NCBI GenBank assembly: GCA_004022145.1
Contig: RCNU01000007.1
Length of the DNA: 64,000 bases
Direction: 5' to 3' (one strand)
Origin: Paecilomyces variotii
Taxonomy: Eukaryota
A program made the position numbers and the translations under genes. The notes beneath the pieces were generated by a model. The model saw only the letters and a program-made list of their open reading frames with translations, had not been told where the DNA came from and did not search any database. Positions 60,321 through 64,000 of the stretch are shown piece after piece; position 1 is the stretch's first letter; each line of letters starts with the position of its first letter.

Positions 60321-62605
60321 ATGCACCATCTCCTGCAGGGAGAATTCATCATATGCCTTTCAAAACTAGAGATTCGAGACCACCTTTAGACAGAGCTAGA
60401 TGCGTCCGCTTTTGCGCTCTAGAGGAATAAAAAAAGTACACAATGATGGCTGCTGAATTATGATGGCAGACGCGCGTACGGTGTAGACGAACAGTGGCTG
60501 ACGCAATCGTTGCTTGGTAAGGATATTACGACAGACCTAGAATAGTCCGCTTTGTAGCAATATACCTCATGTAGAGAAGTAGAAGACATTTTATCAGTCG
60601 AATGCGATCGATCTGCCTGGGCTAGAACGGATACAGTAGAATCATGCCTCCTAGAGCGATGTGATAAAGAAAGGCCACGCGAGAAGTGGGCTGGAATCAG
60701 TCACGCACGCAGAGCACGCTCACCATGTCTCAGGTCTTTCCTGCATGGGTGGCGTTGCGGGCCGTCGGATCGCAGGTATAATCTCGATGAAGCGGATCTC
60801 GAGCAGTCCCTCACGGGACGAGCAGGACCCTTGCCGGCCAGGATTGTGGTGGCATCCGTTTCAGAATAGTGTACGTCCGTAGATAGAGAACAGACCGGCC
60901 GCCGGGCCACCGGAGACAGCACTCGAAGAGTGTGGTGTACAGCCTGGAAGGCAAGCTCGATATTAAAAGGGCCGCAGGGTAGATAGAGGTTGAAACCAGG
61001 TTCTTGTCAGTCCCTGCCTCTACCGGGTGCCCTGAGCTTCACATCTCTCGTGGTCGACGAGAATATCTATCGATTGTTATCATCTGCAGTCTCCCACACT
61101 TGGATGACCGCGATTCCCAATATTCCTCCGCAATTGTTTTCTGGCATCCTGTGGATCTGCGGTACGTATCTATTTAGATTTTCCTCTATTATTTTTATTT
61201 TGATTTTGTGTTTTTTTGTGCCGCTCGATCAGCATCGACGTGGACCAGAATTGGCCGATCATGGGACTTGTTGTAAATCCGGGGTGACGGGCAGGCCAAG
61301 TCCCACCAGTTCACCCTGAATTTTGAAACCACAAGCCACTGGCTGCTTTTTGAATTATCTATTCCTTTGGTCGCCTCTCAGGACCGTCCGATCCGCCAGG
61401 ATATTATTATTATTGTGTTCCCAATTCCCATGGTGCATGGTTCCATTTCACTGCCTCTGGTTCTGCGGGTTTGTCAGCTTCCTTCGTCCTCGGATGGTCG
61501 GCCCGTTTGTAGCCAGCTGCATGCATGTCATAGAGAGGATATCCTTGGCTGGTATGTATTATTATTATTATGAATATGTGCCAATGTGGTGACTTGATCC
61601 ATCCTATCCGATCATCCGGTCTCCGTCTTGCGATCGGATGTATGTTGGCGGACCAACCACAGGCAGGGGAGCTGTCTGACCTCGTTGCTGGGGATAGCAA
61701 TGGACATCATCTTGCTGGTCAGGCGGAGATATTGTGCCGTCTTTGAGCCATTTTTGATACTGTGCCTATGCACGAGGACGGGATCATCTCATAGCCTAGT
61801 TGACTGCGATCTAGTGTGCGTATGGTGCTGATGATAATAATAACAATACGACCTGCTGTCATTGACTCTGTCGGATGCCTTGGACCGTTGGACGCCACTT
61901 TGAGCTTTCCGCATCAGTTTTCTCCTCTTTCTCCCCTTCTGCTACGCCATTTGCCCTGACTAGATAGTGGCGCCTCCATCCGTTGTACCATATGCTGACT
62001 ATCTACTGGCTGAGTGTCAGTGTCGATATCGCCTGCGAACACCGCCCGATAAGGCCACCTGTCACACAGACTCACAGCATCGTGACTCGAGAAATCGAGA
62101 ATTCAGGCGGAGTGGTTTTCATCTCCATCTGCTTTCCACTGGCATCGCACTGGCTTGAGTGAGTTTCTTCTGCTGTCATTTCTTCCATTTTCTCTTCCAT
62201 GCTGTTCCCTGTTCCCTTGCGTTCCCGTGGAAAGAGTTTCCGCCCATCTCCACCGCATGGTTGGCAGCGCAGCCACCGTATCGAGTGTTTCCGGGGTATT
62301 CACTCTCTGGCTGGCAGTTTGCCGTATTCGAGGTGAATAATACCAAGATACGTGTAACCATACGGTATGCGCCGGCACGGGACTAAGGCAACTAAGGCAA
62401 CTAAGGCGGCTCCATGACGACATGAGGCAGAACTGGTGCCAATAATAATAATTAATTATTCTGGCTCAATCCAGAAGCCAAACAGCCAGACGATTATCCC
62501 GAATGCCAACTTACTGAATCGAGCATAGGATCGAAATCCTCTCTCCACGGCGGAGATCCACCGTCTTCGCTGGGAAAAAACGGCGGTGGTGGGGAGGATC
62601 CGAGG

Positions 62606-63919
62606 ATGGATAAAACAATCAAAGCGTCCAGCACCACCGCTCCCTCCTCCTATTCCTCCCTCTCCTCGGCGTATCCTTCTTCGATCAGCTCGGTTTCGCC
62701 TCCGCGACTCAGTAGTGCCAGTAAGTACTTAGACGATCCCTCTGTTGTTGTTTACTTGCGTATGATTATTATTGTCTCCCAACCCCTCTTTCTCTGCACT
62801 GCAGGAGCCAAGTCATCCTATCTCCTGTCGACCCTTCCCATCATGCATATCTCTGCAATAATGGAAATCCGCTGGACGATGGGGAATGCTCTTGTCCTGC
62901 TGCGGGCATTCCTTTGCTAACCACTTTCTCCACTGCTAGCACATCTCGTGTCTCCCCCACGTCGACAGCATTCATCGGATCGACTGAAACGCCAGGCCCG
63001 CGAACAGCTTGAGGGCTTGATAAAGAAGCACGGCCATCCCACCATCGTCTGCTCGTCCTCGTCTTTACGGAGCTTGACTTCAACTTCGCCTCCTGGACGT
63101 CCATCCTATCTGCCATCTCCCGAACTTTGTCCGGCTACGACCACCGTTGACGCGGACGACGATACTCTCGGTATTGATTCCGCAGGCACTCGTCCGATTC
63201 CCATCCCCAAGGCGGCTTCCACCCGCGAGCTGGACGACGTCCCTGTCACTCCGTTGACCGGCCGCTTCGACGAAGTACATTTCCTCTACGCGCAGCAGTG
63301 TCCACGCCGCAAAGACCAGAAACTATCCACCAAGAAGCGCACCCGGAGACCTCGAGTCTCCTCGCGAGTGAAGTCCGACCACAAGATGCACAGTGGCGGT
63401 TCGACCCAACTGTACGCACCCGCTACCATGGCGCAGTCCGGTCGCCCGATGTCTTCCCAGAACTCCTCCAAAGGTGCCTCCGGCGTCCCGCTGAGTCTCC
63501 CTCGGTTCCATCCGGCTGTCTATCAGTCCTCGACAGGAGCTCATAGCACGGCTTCGCGACCGTCATCTCCCCACCAACAGAGACCGCAGGCATACCGGAT
63601 GTCGTCTGGTTCTCGAGACACCCTCCGTCAATACCGGGAACTGATCACCAATGGCGTCCTCTCCCGGAATGCTCAAGGAGTCATCACCACCAAGCCGGCG
63701 GCTCCCCGTCTCGATCCGCTCGGTAGCCCGGGACCAGTGACGCCGCTGGTACTCGAGGAAGGAGACAGCTACCTCAGCGCGGGCGCGGCTAATGGCTCAG
63801 AGCAGTCCGGCTCGATGAAGACGCTCGCTCCGTCTCCCGAATTGGTCGAGAAGCTGATTCAGAGAGAAAACGAGCGAATCCGGCTCCAGAAGCAGCGACA
63901 GGAGCTCAAGGGCCGGTGA
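62606..63919 (+). CDS. low-complexity (S/P/R-rich) hypothetical protein with conserved-looking motifs
   Basis: Exon 62606-62720 (phase 1), intron 62721-62939 (GTAAGT..GCTAAC..TAG), exon 62940-63919. Motifs LPRFHPAVY and PRLDPLGSPGPVTPLVLE. Confidence 0.75.
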
Positions 63920-64000
63920 GCTGATTGCGATCTGAAAAATTATCTCCTAGTGTCGTCCGGATTGGACGGCTATCTGCAAAGTATTAAAATATACCCGCAG

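Noticed and set aside
62382-62408. ACTAAGGCA x3 short tandem repeat
   Set aside because: It is a simple minisatellite with no spacers. It is neither CRISPR-like nor telomeric.

Overview
Intron-rich filamentous ascomycete DNA, most likely Eurotiales (inferred from protein style, short GT-AG introns and CTRAC branch sites). About 28 genes or gene remnants can be modelled. (1) 1-4.8 kb: a putative catabolic cluster made of a Zn2Cys6 transcription factor (truncated by the window edge and missed by the ORF track), a CntA/choline-monooxygenase-type Rieske oxygenase and a divergent Baeyer-Villiger-type flavin monooxygenase. (2) 5-39.5 kb: mostly housekeeping genes (AP-1 sigma, MAF1, a Bug1/GM130-like golgin, ERV41, a Pom1-like DYRK kinase, a Pex24/28/29 peroxin, NOP16, a YKE4-like ZIP transporter), plus secreted and orphan genes and a small degenerate island at about 32.3-34.6 kb. 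(3) 40.4-50.7 kb: the most interesting locus, a compact three-gene putative polysaccharide synthesis and acylation system. It comprises a processive GT2 (DxD, TED, QRLRW), a stand-alone acyltransferase-3 (AT3), and a signal peptide/catalytically degenerate GH16-like/TM/AT3 fusion. The two AT3 domains carry reciprocal halves of the R-X10-H motif. (4) 50.9-60.4 kb: an accessory block with orphans, a pseudogene showing RIP-like stops, a direct repeat bracketing a COG4 copy, an APH-like kinase and a frameshifted SGNH-lipase remnant. (5) A low-complexity protein gene at the right end. No tRNA, rRNA, CRISPR array or intact transposon was recognised. All family calls come from motif recognition by eye; no database searches were run.
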